Assembly: GCA_965223905.1 (NCBI GenBank)
Contig: CBDCXV010000010.1
Location: 704,001-768,000, forward strand
Direction: 5' to 3'
Source of the DNA: Candidatus Latescibacterota bacterium
Lineage (GTDB): Bacteria; Latescibacterota; UBA2968; UBA8231
Length of the DNA stretch: 64,000 bases
The notes below the pieces were generated by a model. The model was not told the DNA's origin. It searched no databases and worked only from the letters and a program-made list of their open reading frames with translations. The position numbers and the translations under genes are program-made. Shown here one piece after another: positions 43,229 through 54,036 of this stretch (the stretch's first letter is position 1; every line of letters begins with the position of its first letter).

Positions 43229-44287
43229 TCAGCTTCCCCTACCTGTGCCAACCGTCCGGGATTCGTATTCAAACGAGCTCAACAGCACCCGCACCGCCTC
43301 GCCCATTGTGGCGATGTCGTACCCCCCTTCCTGAACGAACAACGCCGGCCTGCCGAAATCTGCGAGGGTTTTTCCGACCGCTGAAAACCCGTCGAGGGTG
43401 AGCTCGAAGTCTCCCAGCGGGTCGTTCGCGGAGGTGTCCACTCCCAGCGAGACGACGATTTGCGATGGGGAGAACCGGTTGAGGTAGTCGAGCGCGCGCC
43501 GGAGCTCCTCGCAGTACTGCCTGTCGCCGGTGCCGGCGGGCAGGGGAAAATTGCGATTGCCCCCGGCTCCCGGCCCGGCGCCGGTTTCCTCGGGATACCC
43601 CCAGAAGAACGGGTAGGCCCGGTTCGGGTCGGCGTGCAGGGAGGCGGTCATGACCTCCTCCGATTCGTAGAAAATCTCCTGAGTGCCATTGCCGTGGTGG
43701 TAGTCGATGTCGAGGATGACCAGCGACTTGCCCGAGACCCTGGCAAGCAGCGAGGCAGCCGCGGCGGCGTTGTTCAAATAGCAGTACCCCCCGTATGCGG
43801 ACCGCGAGGCGTGGTGCCCCGGGGGGCGGCAGAGGGCGTAAGCGGATCGCTTTCCCCGGAGGAGCAGGCTGGCAGCGGTGAGAGCGCAGCCGGCCGAGAT
43901 GAAAGCTGCGTCGCGAGTGCCGGCTGTTATCGGGGTCTGGGCGTCGAAACAGTAAAAACCAGTCTGAGCAAGCAGATCCTCGGGTAGCGTCGCCTGCGGA
44001 TGCAGGGCGAACGAATCGGGGATGACCCCTGCCTCCGGCCTCCCCGCTTCCACCCAGCGGGGATAGATCGCATCGAGAAAACCGAGGTACCCGGGATCGT
44101 GGATCGCGGCCAGCAACCCGGGTTCGAACCCCTCCGGTTCCGCAAAACGAAAGCGCGGGTCTGCCGCCAGGGCGCGACGGATCGCTTCGGCGCGACCGGG
44201 AGCCTCTGAATACGGATACATCCCGTCCGCGGCGAATTCGAACGGCGGGTCGTGGCCGCGGTGGCTGTCGCTGAAGATGACGTCCAA
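43229..44287 (-). CDS. Histone deacetylase family / acetylpolyamine amidohydrolase
   Basis: RPPGHHA, GGYCYLNN, DIDYHHGNG, SLH, QEGGY. Confidence 0.92.
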   Translation of the reverse strand: MDVIFSDSHRGHDPPFEFAADGMYPYSEAPGRAEAIRRALAADPRFRFAEPEGFEPGLLAAIHDPGYLGFLDAIYPRWVEAGRPEAGVIPDSFALHPQATLPEDLLAQTGFYCFDAQTPITAGTRDAAFISAGCALTAASLLLRGKRSAYALCRPPGHHASRSAYGGYCYLNNAAAAASLLARVSGKSLVILDIDYHHGNGTQEIFYESEEVMTASLHADPNRAYPFFWGYPEETGAGPGAGGNRNFPLPAGTGDRQYCEELRRALDYLNRFSPSQIVVSLGVDTSANDPLGDFELTLDGFSAVGKTLADFGRPALFVQEGGYDIATMGEAVRVLLSSFEYESRTVGTGRGS

Positions 44288-44355
44288 AGCCTGAGGGCCT
44301 TCCGGTAAGACCGGGAACCTGCCGCCGGAAGCGGCGCCAGCATCGGTAAGGCCGG

Positions 44356-45210
44356 TCAGCAGGTGGCGCCGCGGACGTCGCCACCGAAGACAGTCATCCG
44401 GTCTTCGGTGGTGGTCTCGGCGACACCGCGCGGCCTGAAATGCAGTTGCAACGCCCTTCGCCTAAGGCCGGATCGATTCCTGGGACTGCCGTGGTGGGTC
44501 ATGCCGTGCCAGAAGAGGACGCCGCCGGGTTTCAGGGGCACGGCGACGTCGCGCTCGACCGCCACATCGGAATCGCATATCTGCCAGTCGCGGCCCTTGA
44601 AGTGATTGATCGGGCCCTCGCGGTGCGATCCGGGAATGACGTGCAGAGCGCCGTTGGCGATGGTCGCCTCGTCGAGGGCGATCCAGACCCCGACAACCGG
44701 CGTCCCGAGGGGAAGGTTGAAGTAGGCACAGTCCTGGTGCCACGGCTTTTCCCGCCCGATATGCGGAGGTTTCAGCAGGGCCATCTCCTGGAAACGCTCC
44801 GGCTCGCCCCCCACAAGCCTGCGCACCACGTCGAGAATCGGGAGGTACTCGGCCAGGGCCAGCAGGCGCCGGTCGTAGGCGACATAGCTCATCAACTTGC
44901 GGACGCCGAGACGGCGCTGCTCCCGGCTCAGCTTCTTCTTGTCCCCCAGGCCGGCCTCGAACTGCAAGCCGCGAAAGTCGGAACGCCGCCCCTCGATCAA
45001 GTCGTCGATGGCGGTGCGGGCCGCAACGGTCATCTCTTCGGGGAATGCGCGCGCCACCGCGAGGTACCCGTATGTCTCGAAGAACCGGCAAGCTTCGGCG
45101 CCGACATCGCAGATATCGTCCGCGATTTCGGCAACCCGCGTTCCGGTGTAAAGGCCGGGATCGTGGTCCCGTATGTCAGACTCCCGCGGGAGTGCTGCCG
45201 CTTCTGTCAT
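44356..45210 (-). CDS. Phytanoyl-CoA dioxygenase family (Fe/2OG)
   Basis: PWHQD, WIALDEATIANGAL..IPGSH, HHGS..NRS...R. Confidence 0.9.
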   Translation of the reverse strand: MTEAAALPRESDIRDHDPGLYTGTRVAEIADDICDVGAEACRFFETYGYLAVARAFPEEMTVAARTAIDDLIEGRRSDFRGLQFEAGLGDKKKLSREQRRLGVRKLMSYVAYDRRLLALAEYLPILDVVRRLVGGEPERFQEMALLKPPHIGREKPWHQDCAYFNLPLGTPVVGVWIALDEATIANGALHVIPGSHREGPINHFKGRDWQICDSDVAVERDVAVPLKPGGVLFWHGMTHHGSPRNRSGLRRRALQLHFRPRGVAETTTEDRMTVFGGDVRGATC

Positions 45211-45224
45211 CCGGAATTCCCGGT

Positions 45225-45461
45225 TCAGCCGGCCCCCCGGTCCCCGGCCGGAGACTCCCTCGCTTCGGGATCCCTGTAGAGGATGGCCCAGGGGATGACG
45301 ACGCAGTAGCCGAGAACCAGCAGGATGGGGGCCATCGTCAGGGAGAGGAACCCGTCGGCTGGCGGAATGCTCAGCAGTCCATACCCGGCGGCGATGACGG
45401 CCACCCCGCCGCCGAGGATGATCCAGTTCCGGTTCGTAAACGGCAGGTCGCGCCGAGCCAT
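45225..45461 (-). CDS. DUF3098-like small two-TM membrane protein
   Basis: LPFTNRNWIIL, SLTMAPILLVLGY, AIL. Confidence 0.7.
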   Translation of the reverse strand: MARRDLPFTNRNWIILGGGVAVIAAGYGLLSIPPADGFLSLTMAPILLVLGYCVVIPWAILYRDPEARESPAGDRGAG

Positions 45462-45468
45462 GGGTGTG

Positions 45469-45816
45469 CTACCTCTTTTCCTTGATCCGTGCGGAACGAC
45501 CTTTGCGGGCGCGAAGATAGAACAGGCGGGCTCGCCTGACCTTGCCCCTGCGGATCGGTTCGATCCTCGCGATCCTCGGAGAATGCAGCGGAAAGATCCG
45601 TTCCACGGCGACGCCCTGGGTTACCTTGCGCACCGTGAAGGTCTCGTTGACTCCTCCGCCGCGACGCTGAATGACGTCTCCCTCGAAAACCTGGGTACGC
45701 TCCTTCTCCCCCTCGATCACGCGCACGTGAACCCGGAGGGTGTCTCCGGGGCCGAAGTCGGGAATATCCGTCCTCAGCTGCGAGGCAGTGATTTCGCGCA
45801 GCATGTTCATGTCCAT
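45469..45816 (-). CDS. rplS: 50S ribosomal protein L19
   Basis: [43 protein letters not shown]. Confidence 0.97.
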   Translation of the reverse strand: MDMNMLREITASQLRTDIPDFGPGDTLRVHVRVIEGEKERTQVFEGDVIQRRGGGVNETFTVRKVTQGVAVERIFPLHSPRIARIEPIRRGKVRRARLFYLRARKGRSARIKEKR

Positions 45817-45862
45817 GGCGATCCTGCTACTCCTTTCGATGAAAACCAAACGGGCTGCAAAT

Positions 45863-46636
45863 TCATTTGTCGATCCGCTTCTGCCCGGGTAACGCGGCAG
45901 GAGTCGAATCGCGCGATTCCTCCCGCCGCCACTCGTCGATCAACCTCCGTTCCTCCGGGTCCAGCTCGGCCCTGGCGAGGATTTCGGGACGGCGGTCGAA
46001 GGTGCGCCTCAGGGACTGCCGGCGCCTCCATTCCACGACCTTTTCGTGATTGCCGCTCAGCAGCACGGGGGGAACCCCGACGCCGCGGAACTCCGCCGGC
46101 CGAGTGTACCAGGGGCAGTCGAGAAGCCCGTCGTGGAACGAATCGGAAAGGGCGGACGTGAAGTTTCCGAGCACCCCCGGGATCAAGCGCACGACGGTGT
46201 CGATCAACACCAGGGCAGCCGGTTCTCCGCCGGTGAGAACGTAGTCTCCGATCGACACTTCTCGATCGACGAACCGCCGCGCTCTCTCGTCGATACCCTT
46301 GTAGTGGCCGCACAGGAGCACGAGCTGCAATTCCAGGGACAGTAGCTCTGCCAGCGGTTGATTCAACGGCTCACCGTCAGCGGTGAGGTAGACACAGTGA
46401 CCGCGCGCCAAGTCGAGGAATTCCCACGCCGCGGCGACGGGCTCCGGTTTCATCACCATGCCGCCGCCTCCGCCGAAGGGGGTATCATCGACCGTCCTGT
46501 GGCGGTCGGCGGCGTATTGCCGCAAGTCGTGCACGCGGATCTCCGCATGCCCCGCGGCGACGGCCCGCTGCAGCATGCTCGTCTCCAGGGGGGTCCTGAA
46601 GAACTCGGGGAAAATCGTTACGACGTCGATTCTCAT
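45863..46636 (-). CDS. trmD: tRNA (guanine-N1)-methyltransferase
   Basis: [40 protein letters not shown]. Confidence 0.97.
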   Translation of the reverse strand: MRIDVVTIFPEFFRTPLETSMLQRAVAAGHAEIRVHDLRQYAADRHRTVDDTPFGGGGGMVMKPEPVAAAWEFLDLARGHCVYLTADGEPLNQPLAELLSLELQLVLLCGHYKGIDERARRFVDREVSIGDYVLTGGEPAALVLIDTVVRLIPGVLGNFTSALSDSFHDGLLDCPWYTRPAEFRGVGVPPVLLSGNHEKVVEWRRRQSLRRTFDRRPEILARAELDPEERRLIDEWRREESRDSTPAALPGQKRIDK

Positions 46637-47301
46637 TTTCTGTCGCGCCCGGTTCTGACCAGTGTCCCGAGTGGCACCAACTCCTCGACGCCGGTTACCA
46701 CCACGCGATGTTCCGCCAGCAGCACCTGGAGGACGAAATCCCCCACCAGGGGAATCAGGACTTCTCGCTGACCATTGCGGACCACCAACAAGTCGGCTGT
46801 GGGCATCTCCTGCACACCCACCACCTCCCCAAGCCCATTGCCGCCTTCGTCTTCGACGCGACACCCGACGAGATCGAACACGTAAATGGTTCCCTCCGGC
46901 GGCTCCGGAACCTCGTCGCGCGGGATGGTCAGATAACCTTTGGCGACTTCCTCGGCTACCGTTTCGGGACTGTCGATGCCGGTGAACTTCATCAGAATTC
47001 CACGCCCATCGAGCCGCCATCCGGCAATTCGCAGTCGCTTCGGAGGCTGTCCGGAACGCTCCAAAATGACCTCTTCGACGTCGTCGAAACGACCGACATC
47101 TCCCGTCAGGGGCTCGACAACGGCCTCGCCGCGAACTCCTTTCGGACGCACCACGTACCCGATCGCAATGCGCTCATGCCCGTCTCCTCCCGTTTCCTCC
47201 CCTTCCCTGCCTTTCCCGTTCTTCGCGGTGGCCGCTCTTTGCGCCCGCCGCGGGGCCGATACCGCAGCCGGATCGTCAACCCGCATCTTCAGCCGGTCCA
47301 C
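46633..47301 (-). CDS. rimM: Ribosome maturation factor RimM
   Basis: IGYVVRPKGVRGE, YVFDLVGCRV, VLIP; synteny between rpsP and trmD; start uncertain. Confidence 0.9.
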   Translation of the reverse strand: MDRLKMRVDDPAAVSAPRRAQRAATAKNGKGREGEETGGDGHERIAIGYVVRPKGVRGEAVVEPLTGDVGRFDDVEEVILERSGQPPKRLRIAGWRLDGRGILMKFTGIDSPETVAEEVAKGYLTIPRDEVPEPPEGTIYVFDLVGCRVEDEGGNGLGEVVGVQEMPTADLLVVRNGQREVLIPLVGDFVLQVLLAEHRVVVTGVEELVPLGTLVRTGRDRK

Positions 47302-47345
47302 CCGCGGGAACCCCCACGCAACTCACCCCTGCGGAACCCGTCGCC

Positions 47346-47726
47346 TTATTCGGCGCCGTCCGCCTCCTCCTGTCCAGCCTCACCCTCCGCAGCCGCCACG
47401 GTCTGCTCTGCCCGCGCCAGATTCCGGCGCCGCTTCGGTTTGTCCCTGGTAAGGGCCCCTTCCCGAGCCAATCCTTCGAAACCGCGAAAACGTGCGAGTA
47501 TTCCCTGGCTTTTCAACAGATCCTGGACGGTTTTCGTCATCTGTGCGCCCTGTTTGAGCCATTTGACGGTCGCTTCTTCGTCAATCTCGACGCGGGCGTG
47601 AACGGGATCGTACGTGCCCACCTGCGACAAAGAGCGGCCCCCGCGCGCCAGGGTCGAATGCATGGCCACGATTCTGTAAAAGGGCCGCCCCTTGCGACCT
47701 GTTCTCTTCAAACGAAGCTTGACCAA
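47346..47726 (-). CDS. rpsP: 30S ribosomal protein S16
   Basis: TTG start with AAGGAG; VKLRLKRTGRKGRPFYRIV, GTYDP, WLKQGAQ. Confidence 0.95.
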   Translation of the reverse strand: MVKLRLKRTGRKGRPFYRIVAMHSTLARGGRSLSQVGTYDPVHARVEIDEEATVKWLKQGAQMTKTVQDLLKSQGILARFRGFEGLAREGALTRDKPKRRRNLARAEQTVAAAEGEAGQEEADGAE

Positions 47727-47790
47727 ACGGATCTCCTTTTCTGCGATGGTGCGCCGTTCGCAAGGGGAGCGGCGCGGCGAAGTGTAGTCA

Positions 47791-49137
47791 TCATCCAAAC
47801 GCTGCGGGCAACTGAAATCTGGCGGCAGCGCCCCGGCCGCGACCGGGGCGGTTCACCTGCCTCATCATTTTCTGCATCGCCTGGAACTGTTTGAGAAGCC
47901 GGTTGACGTCCTGGATCTTCGTGCCGCTGCCGCGCGCGATGCGCCGCCGCCGGCTGCCGTTCAGAATCTGCGGCTGCACCCGTTCGGCCTTGGTCATCGA
48001 GTTGATGATCGCCTCGACCTGAACGAATGCCTTGTCGTCCACTTGCGCCTCCCTGAGGGCCTTGCCGGCACCGGGAATCATTCCCAGCAGCTGGTCGAGA
48101 GGGCCCATTTTCCGTATCGCCCGCAGCTGCTCGCGGAAGTCGTCGAAGGTGAAGGCATTCTGCCGGAGCCTGGCCTCCATCTTCCGCGCCTGGCCCTGAT
48201 CGAAGGCCTGCTGCGCCTTTTCGACCAGGGAAACCACATCTCCCATGCCCAGGATCCGGGACGCCACGCGCTGCGGATGGAACGGCTCCAGTGACTCGAC
48301 CCCCTCGCCCGCAGCGATGAATTTGACCGGCCGCCCGGTGACCTCGCGAATCGACAAGGCGGCGCCGCCACGCGCGTCGCCGTCCATCTTGGTGAGAATA
48401 CATCCGGTGAACTCCAGGCGTTCGCAGAACCTCCCCGCCGTCTCGACGGCGTCCTGCCCGAGCATGGCGTCGGCGACGAAAAGGACCTCATCCGGTTCGG
48501 TGGCGGACCGGACCGCCGTCAGTTCATCCATCATCTCGTCGTCGATGGCGAGACGCCCGGCGGTGTCGAGGATTACGGCGCTGCGGTTGCCTGACCGCGC
48601 CCTTTCCACTCCCTGCCGGCAGATCTCCACCGGATCCCCGTTTCCTTCGGAGGGACCGCCGAACGCCGGCACCGAGAGCCCGTCGGCGAGGGTGCGCAAC
48701 TGGTCGAACGCCGCTGGCCTGTACACGTCGGCGCCGACGAGAAAGGGAGGCCGGTTCCTTCCCTGCAGATGGGACGCCAGCTTTGCCGCCGCGGTCGTCT
48801 TGCCACATCCCTGCAGGCCGACCAGCAGGATCACCGTCGGCGGCCGCTCCGCCTGAGCGAGGGGGGAGCTGTCACCTCCCAGCAGGGACACGAGCTCGTC
48901 GTGAACGATCTTGATCACCTGCTGGCCCGGGGTCAGACTGCGCAACACCTCGCGGCCGACCGCCTGCTCTCGGACCCGTTTCAGAAAGCTCCTGGCGACG
49001 TCGAAATTGACGTCCGCCTCGAGCAGGGCGCGGCGGATTTCGCGCAGGGAGTCGTCGAGATCGCGGTCGCTGAGGCGCCCCTGTCCCCGCAGCTTGCGAA
49101 AGGCGTCGTCCAGACGCTCTGTCAAGCGATCGAACAT
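47791..49137 (-). CDS. ffh: Signal recognition particle protein
   Basis: ALLEADV, GLQGCGKTT, DTAGR, TKMDGDARGG, M domain SRRRRIARGSG. Confidence 0.97.
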   Translation of the reverse strand: MFDRLTERLDDAFRKLRGQGRLSDRDLDDSLREIRRALLEADVNFDVARSFLKRVREQAVGREVLRSLTPGQQVIKIVHDELVSLLGGDSSPLAQAERPPTVILLVGLQGCGKTTAAAKLASHLQGRNRPPFLVGADVYRPAAFDQLRTLADGLSVPAFGGPSEGNGDPVEICRQGVERARSGNRSAVILDTAGRLAIDDEMMDELTAVRSATEPDEVLFVADAMLGQDAVETAGRFCERLEFTGCILTKMDGDARGGAALSIREVTGRPVKFIAAGEGVESLEPFHPQRVASRILGMGDVVSLVEKAQQAFDQGQARKMEARLRQNAFTFDDFREQLRAIRKMGPLDQLLGMIPGAGKALREAQVDDKAFVQVEAIINSMTKAERVQPQILNGSRRRRIARGSGTKIQDVNRLLKQFQAMQKMMRQVNRPGRGRGAAARFQLPAAFG

Positions 49138-49244
49138 CGACCCAACCGGTCCGGAAGAGGGAAAAACGAACTGACAAAAGTAGCTGAATATACGAGCACC
49201 GAAGACAACCGGCAATTTGAAGGCCGCCGGGGCCGGGCCGGAGG

Positions 49245-49940
49245 TCAGCCGCTTCCGCGGATTGCGCGGATGGCGGCAGCGGCGTCGTCAGCCCCGAATA
49301 CCGAGGAGCCTGCGACGAGGAGGCTGACCCCGGCATCGCGGCACTCCGCGGCGTTCTGCGGGGAGATGCCCCCGTCCATTTCGATCGGAACCTTCAGGCT
49401 GCGGGCATGCATCCAGGAGGAAAGGTCCCGGGCCTTGGAGAGGACTTCCCCTCGAAAGGACTGGCCGCCGAAACCGGGCTCGACCGACATGATCAGGACG
49501 AGATCGACGTCGGGAAGGAACGGCAGGAGCCCCTCGACCGGAGTGCGGGGGTTGACGGCGACTCCACAGCCGAGTCCCAGTTCCCTGATGCCGCCGATCA
49601 GCTCGGCAGGGTCCGGTGCCACTTCGAGGTGGACGGTAAGCGAATCGGCTCCTGCGTCCCGGAACGGTTTGAGGTACTGCCCCGGGGCGCTCAGCATCAA
49701 GTGGGTGTCGAGCTCGAGGCCGGTGGCTCGCCGAACTGCTTCGACCACCGGGATCCCGTAGCTCAGGTTGGGCACGAAATGGCCGTCCATGATGTCGAGA
49801 TGGAGAAAATCCGCGCCGCCGTCCTCCACTCTGCGGATGTCGTCCCCCAACCGGGAGAAATCAGCGGCCAACAGCGATGGGCCCACCTTGACTTCCGCGG
49901 CCTTCACGGCCCCTTTCGCTTTCAGGTCACGGAGTCTCAC
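49245..49940 (-). CDS. rpe: Ribulose-phosphate 3-epimerase
   Basis: PSLLAADF, HLDIMDGHFVPN, MSVEPGFGGQ, MDGGI. Confidence 0.96.
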   Translation of the reverse strand: MRLRDLKAKGAVKAAEVKVGPSLLAADFSRLGDDIRRVEDGGADFLHLDIMDGHFVPNLSYGIPVVEAVRRATGLELDTHLMLSAPGQYLKPFRDAGADSLTVHLEVAPDPAELIGGIRELGLGCGVAVNPRTPVEGLLPFLPDVDLVLIMSVEPGFGGQSFRGEVLSKARDLSSWMHARSLKVPIEMDGGISPQNAAECRDAGVSLLVAGSSVFGADDAAAAIRAIRGSG

Positions 49941-50677
49941 TGCGGTCCTCCCCCGGAAGTTGCTACGGCGCTGACAATCAGCTCGACCGGAGTATTCCGG
50001 GCGACGCGGTCCCCGGCTGCGGGCCGCTGGCCGAGAACGATTCCGGGCCGTGAGACGTTGCCGGGGCGCTTGATGACCGCCCCCATGCTCATCTCGTACT
50101 TGCGGAGGGTGTCTCCTGCGGCGGCGACCGACAGCCCCTCGAGGTCGGGCACCCGCTGGAGTGCTGATGGAGAGCCGCTGCTGATCTCCAGGTAGAGCCG
50201 GCCTCCACGGGGGAGGCTGGTGCCCGCAGGCGGTTCCTGGCGCACCACGACCCCTCGCGGGACCTCCCTGGACGAGACGTACACCCAGTCACCCAGTCGC
50301 AGCTGGTGACCGGCAATCTGCAGACGGGCATCTCGAATGCTGCCTCCGGTGACGTTCGGCACTTCGTGGAGCCGCGGACCGCGGCTCAGATCGACGAACA
50401 CGCGGCGTCCTTTTTTGATCAGCTCTCCCGGGTCGGGGGACTGCTCGACGACGTGTCCGCGGGAGACGGCCTCGCTGAATACACTGTCGCGCACGGCCAT
50501 TCGCAGGCCCTCGCTCTGAAGGCGCATGGCGGCCTGGCGGGAAGACCGGCTGTCGACATCCGGCACACTGACCCGCTTCACGGTTACCACGTAAGGCATG
50601 ACGACACCGTCGAGGAGCAGAAAAAACAGAACCAATGAGGCGGCTGCAGTCGCCGCTATCAGAAAAATTTTGCGCAA
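49937..50677 (-). CDS. Membrane-anchored protein with three PASTA domains
   Basis: N-terminal TM; three VPD/VPN...Q.P..G repeats. Confidence 0.88.
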   Translation of the reverse strand: MRKIFLIAATAAASLVLFFLLLDGVVMPYVVTVKRVSVPDVDSRSSRQAAMRLQSEGLRMAVRDSVFSEAVSRGHVVEQSPDPGELIKKGRRVFVDLSRGPRLHEVPNVTGGSIRDARLQIAGHQLRLGDWVYVSSREVPRGVVVRQEPPAGTSLPRGGRLYLEISSGSPSALQRVPDLEGLSVAAAGDTLRKYEMSMGAVIKRPGNVSRPGIVLGQRPAAGDRVARNTPVELIVSAVATSGGGPQ

Positions 50678-50685
50678 GAGACCTT

Positions 50686-52059
50686 TCAGCCGATCGGGAC
50701 CGGCTTCTTTTTGATGCGGGCGGCGAAGGCGCCATCGCCGACCTCGCGGCCGGGAACGGTCTGGACATACGCCGCGGCCCAGGGGGCGCGAAAAAACCGA
50801 TGCGCCGGTTCGAGTGCCGCATTCGGGGTCTGTTCCAGGAAGGCGGCGACCACCTGTTCGTTTTCTTCCGGCTCGAGCGAGCAGGTGCTGTAGACGAGAA
50901 CGCCGCCAGGCTTCAGAACTTCGTACCCCGCTCTGAGTATGTCGAGCTGTCGGGCCGAGTATCCCTTCAGGTCGCCCAGGCGGCGGCGCCAGCGGGCCTC
51001 CGGCAGGCGCGCCAGGACCCCGGTGCTGCTGCAGGACACATCGAGAAGCACGCGGTCGAAACCGCCCGGCCCCAAGGTGCCCGGAACAAAGGATGGCTCC
51101 GCCGCGTCCTGGGCGACGATGGCCACCGACTCGAGCCTCATGCGCCGGCAGGTTTCAGCGACGAAACGAAGCCTCGATGGCGCCGAGTCCGCGGCGACCA
51201 GCAATCCCCGACCTCGCATCGCCAGGGCGATTTGCACGGCCTTTCCGCCGGGAGCGCTGCAGGCATCGAGCACCCTTTCCCCCGGCTTCGGGTCGAGGAG
51301 GGAAGCGGCGATACCGGCGTTCACGTCCTGTATCCAGAACAGCCCCGCGCGAAAGGCGGGGGAATCGAACAGACCCTCGGCTTCCCGGATCCGGAAGCAG
51401 CCTTCGAAACCCGGCACCGGGTCGGGATGGAAGGCGCCTTGCGGGAGCTGTGCCGCGAGGTCGCCGGGGCGTCGCGCGTCGATCCTCGCGAACAGCGGCG
51501 GCGGGCGGTTGTTGGCCTCGAGCAGGGCTTCGGTTTCGCAGTCGCCCCATCGCTGCAGCCAGCGCTCCACCAGCCAGGGGGGATGGGAATGAGCGAGGGC
51601 CAGGTACCCTACCGGATCCCCGGCCCGGTCGGGAAGCGGCAGCGACGCCGCCTCGGTCGAGGCCCTGCGCAGCACGGCGTTGACCATCCCCGCGAGGTTT
51701 CCCCTGCGGCGGCTTTTTGCGAGCGCGACGGCAGTGTGCACGGCCGCCCTGGCCGGTACGCGGTCGAGCCACAGCAACTGGAAGAGCCCCAGCCTGAGGA
51801 GGTTGCGAACATCCCTGGGGAGCTTCTCGACAGGCTGCCTGGTGAACTGGTTCGCGCTCCAGTCGAGCCGCGCCCGCCACTTGACGACCCCGTGGACCAA
51901 CTGTCTGGCGAAGCGGCGGTCGCGGCTGTCGAGGTCCGCGGCCGCGCCTTGGAAGATCTGTTCCAGCGCTCCTTTCCCGGCGTCGAAGGCGCACAGGATC
52001 TCGAGCGCCGCGGAGCGCGCCCCGTCAACGGACCGGGCGGCGTCGGACCGGTGCTTCAC
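50686..52059 (-). CDS. rsmB: 16S rRNA m5C967 methyltransferase
   Basis: NusB-like N-terminus, SHPPWLV, DACSAPGGK, DVSCS, YSTCS. Confidence 0.93.
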   Translation of the reverse strand: MKHRSDAARSVDGARSAALEILCAFDAGKGALEQIFQGAAADLDSRDRRFARQLVHGVVKWRARLDWSANQFTRQPVEKLPRDVRNLLRLGLFQLLWLDRVPARAAVHTAVALAKSRRRGNLAGMVNAVLRRASTEAASLPLPDRAGDPVGYLALAHSHPPWLVERWLQRWGDCETEALLEANNRPPPLFARIDARRPGDLAAQLPQGAFHPDPVPGFEGCFRIREAEGLFDSPAFRAGLFWIQDVNAGIAASLLDPKPGERVLDACSAPGGKAVQIALAMRGRGLLVAADSAPSRLRFVAETCRRMRLESVAIVAQDAAEPSFVPGTLGPGGFDRVLLDVSCSSTGVLARLPEARWRRRLGDLKGYSARQLDILRAGYEVLKPGGVLVYSTCSLEPEENEQVVAAFLEQTPNAALEPAHRFFRAPWAAAYVQTVPGREVGDGAFAARIKKKPVPIG

Positions 52060-52227
52060 GAAATGCGAACAGGATAATGGAGAAGTGGTTGACGGCGATG
52101 CGGGGAGTGGTTCGAAGGGAGCAACTCGAGATCCGATTCGAATCTACACTTGACCCGACGCACCTCCAAGGTATATTGCCGCCCTCCCCCTTCAAACGCC
52201 CTCTCCCTCGGATCACCGGTACCCAAA

Positions 52228-54021
52228 ATGCGCCAATACCCAATCTGGGACATCCAGCGCGAGCCTCCCTATTCCTCGGTCCGCGAAGCCCTTCTGGAGT
52301 GCCGCGGCCTCGAGGGGAGCGATCTCGCGGTGGGAGCGGAGGCCCTGCACCCCCCCGAGCTTCTGAAAGACATGACCCGTGCAGTCGAACGGATCTCCCG
52401 GGCCGTTCGCGACAAGGAGCTGATCCTCGTTTTCGGCGACTACGACGCCGACGGCATCACGAGCACCGCCCTCCTCCTCGATTTCCTCGAATCGGTCGGG
52501 GCCGAATGCGACTACATGCTTCCCAACCGGCACCGCGACGGATACGGGATCAGCCCGCGTGCCGTCGCTACCGCCCTGGAGCGCGAGGCCGGGCTGATCA
52601 TCACCGTCGACAACGGCATCTCCGCCTTCGAGGCCCTGCAACTGGCGCACTCACATGATCTCGACGTCATCGTCCTCGATCACCACCGCCAGAACGAGGA
52701 GCTGCCGCCGGCCCACAGCATCGTCAATCCAAATCGCCGCGACTGCGACTATCCGTTCAAGGGTCTCGCCGGGGTCGGGGTCACCTTCAAGGTCGTGCAG
52801 GCTCTCTGCCCCACTTTCATGACACCGGAGAAGCGCAGGCGATACCTCAACCAGCTGCTCGAGTTCGTCGCCCTCGGCTCGGTCGCCGACGTCGCCCCCG
52901 TCCTCGACGAGAACCGCGTCATGATCCGGCGGGGGCTGCGGGCCATGCAGGCGTCCTCCCGGCCCGGGATAAACCAGCTGAAGGCGGCTGCCCGCTGCGA
53001 CAACGGACCGGTCGACACAACCTCGGTCGGTTTCTACCTGGGACCCAGGCTCAACTCCTCCGGTCGTCTGGCCTCGCCCGATCTCTCCCTGCGGCTCCTG
53101 CGGGCCAGGGACGAAGACACGGCAAAAACCCTGGCAGCGGAGCTCGAAGAGCTCAACAGCCGCCGCCGCGAGCTGCAGCGCGAAGGCACTCGCGAGGCGC
53201 AGAGCCTGGTGTCCGAAGACGACCTCGAGATGGATCGCATCCTCGTCCTCCTCGGCGAGGACTGGAACCCCGGGATCATCGGGTTGATCGCCGGTGCGGT
53301 GGTCGAGAAATACAACCGCCCCGCGGTCATCGTCACCGACGCGCGCCGCGACGGGGTCTACGTCGGATCGGCGCGCAGCATCAAGGCCTACGACATCAAT
53401 GCCGGTATCAGCTCCTGCGCCAAACACCTCACCACGTACGGAGGTCACCCCGGGGCGGCCGGGTTCTCGCTGCAGGGGGAGAACTTCGAGGCCTTCCGGG
53501 CCGACCTCATCCGGCATGCCAACGAGGGGCTGACCGAGGCGGACATGGCGCCGAATCTCCCGGTCGATCTTCTCCTCGACCCGTCCGACATCGGCAGACC
53601 GACGCTGGAGACCCTGGCGGAGATGGAGCCGTTCGGAAGCGGCAACGAATCACCGGTGTTCGCCGCCCTTGATCTCGAAGTGGCCGCCCGCGGCCGCATG
53701 GGGCAGGGAGGGGAGCACCTTCGCGTCGTCCTCAACGTCAACGGCAGGCCGACCACGGCCCTGTGGTGGAGAAACGGGGTCGCCGCGGACGAACTGGCCC
53801 CGGGAGACCACGTGGCCGTGGCTTTCGAGCTGAAGCCCGACATGTACGAAGGGGCAGTCACCGGAATTCAGCTCGTGGTTCGCGACATGTACCACACCCG
53901 CCGGTCTGTTCCCGTTTCATCCGAGCCGGGCCCTGAATCCTCTGGCGACGGCAACCGGGAAATCGACGCAGGCGTCGTCAGCACCTCTGGAGAGCCGGTG
54001 AGGGGAGACTTCGCGTTCTGA
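52228..54021 (+). CDS. recJ: Single-stranded-DNA exonuclease RecJ
   Basis: GDYDADG, TVDNG, DHH, GSARS, GGHPGAAG, EPFGSGN. Confidence 0.95.
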   Translation: MRQYPIWDIQREPPYSSVREALLECRGLEGSDLAVGAEALHPPELLKDMTRAVERISRAVRDKELILVFGDYDADGITSTALLLDFLESVGAECDYMLPNRHRDGYGISPRAVATALEREAGLIITVDNGISAFEALQLAHSHDLDVIVLDHHRQNEELPPAHSIVNPNRRDCDYPFKGLAGVGVTFKVVQALCPTFMTPEKRRRYLNQLLEFVALGSVADVAPVLDENRVMIRRGLRAMQASSRPGINQLKAAARCDNGPVDTTSVGFYLGPRLNSSGRLASPDLSLRLLRARDEDTAKTLAAELEELNSRRRELQREGTREAQSLVSEDDLEMDRILVLLGEDWNPGIIGLIAGAVVEKYNRPAVIVTDARRDGVYVGSARSIKAYDINAGISSCAKHLTTYGGHPGAAGFSLQGENFEAFRADLIRHANEGLTEADMAPNLPVDLLLDPSDIGRPTLETLAEMEPFGSGNESPVFAALDLEVAARGRMGQGGEHLRVVLNVNGRPTTALWWRNGVAADELAPGDHVAVAFELKPDMYEGAVTGIQLVVRDMYHTRRSVPVSSEPGPESSGDGNREIDAGVVSTSGEPVRGDFAF

Positions 54022-54036
54022 AAACGGCCACCATCC

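Noticed and set aside
47301-47346. Absence of a KH-domain gene between rpsP and rimM
   Set aside because: This is common lineage variation and not informative.
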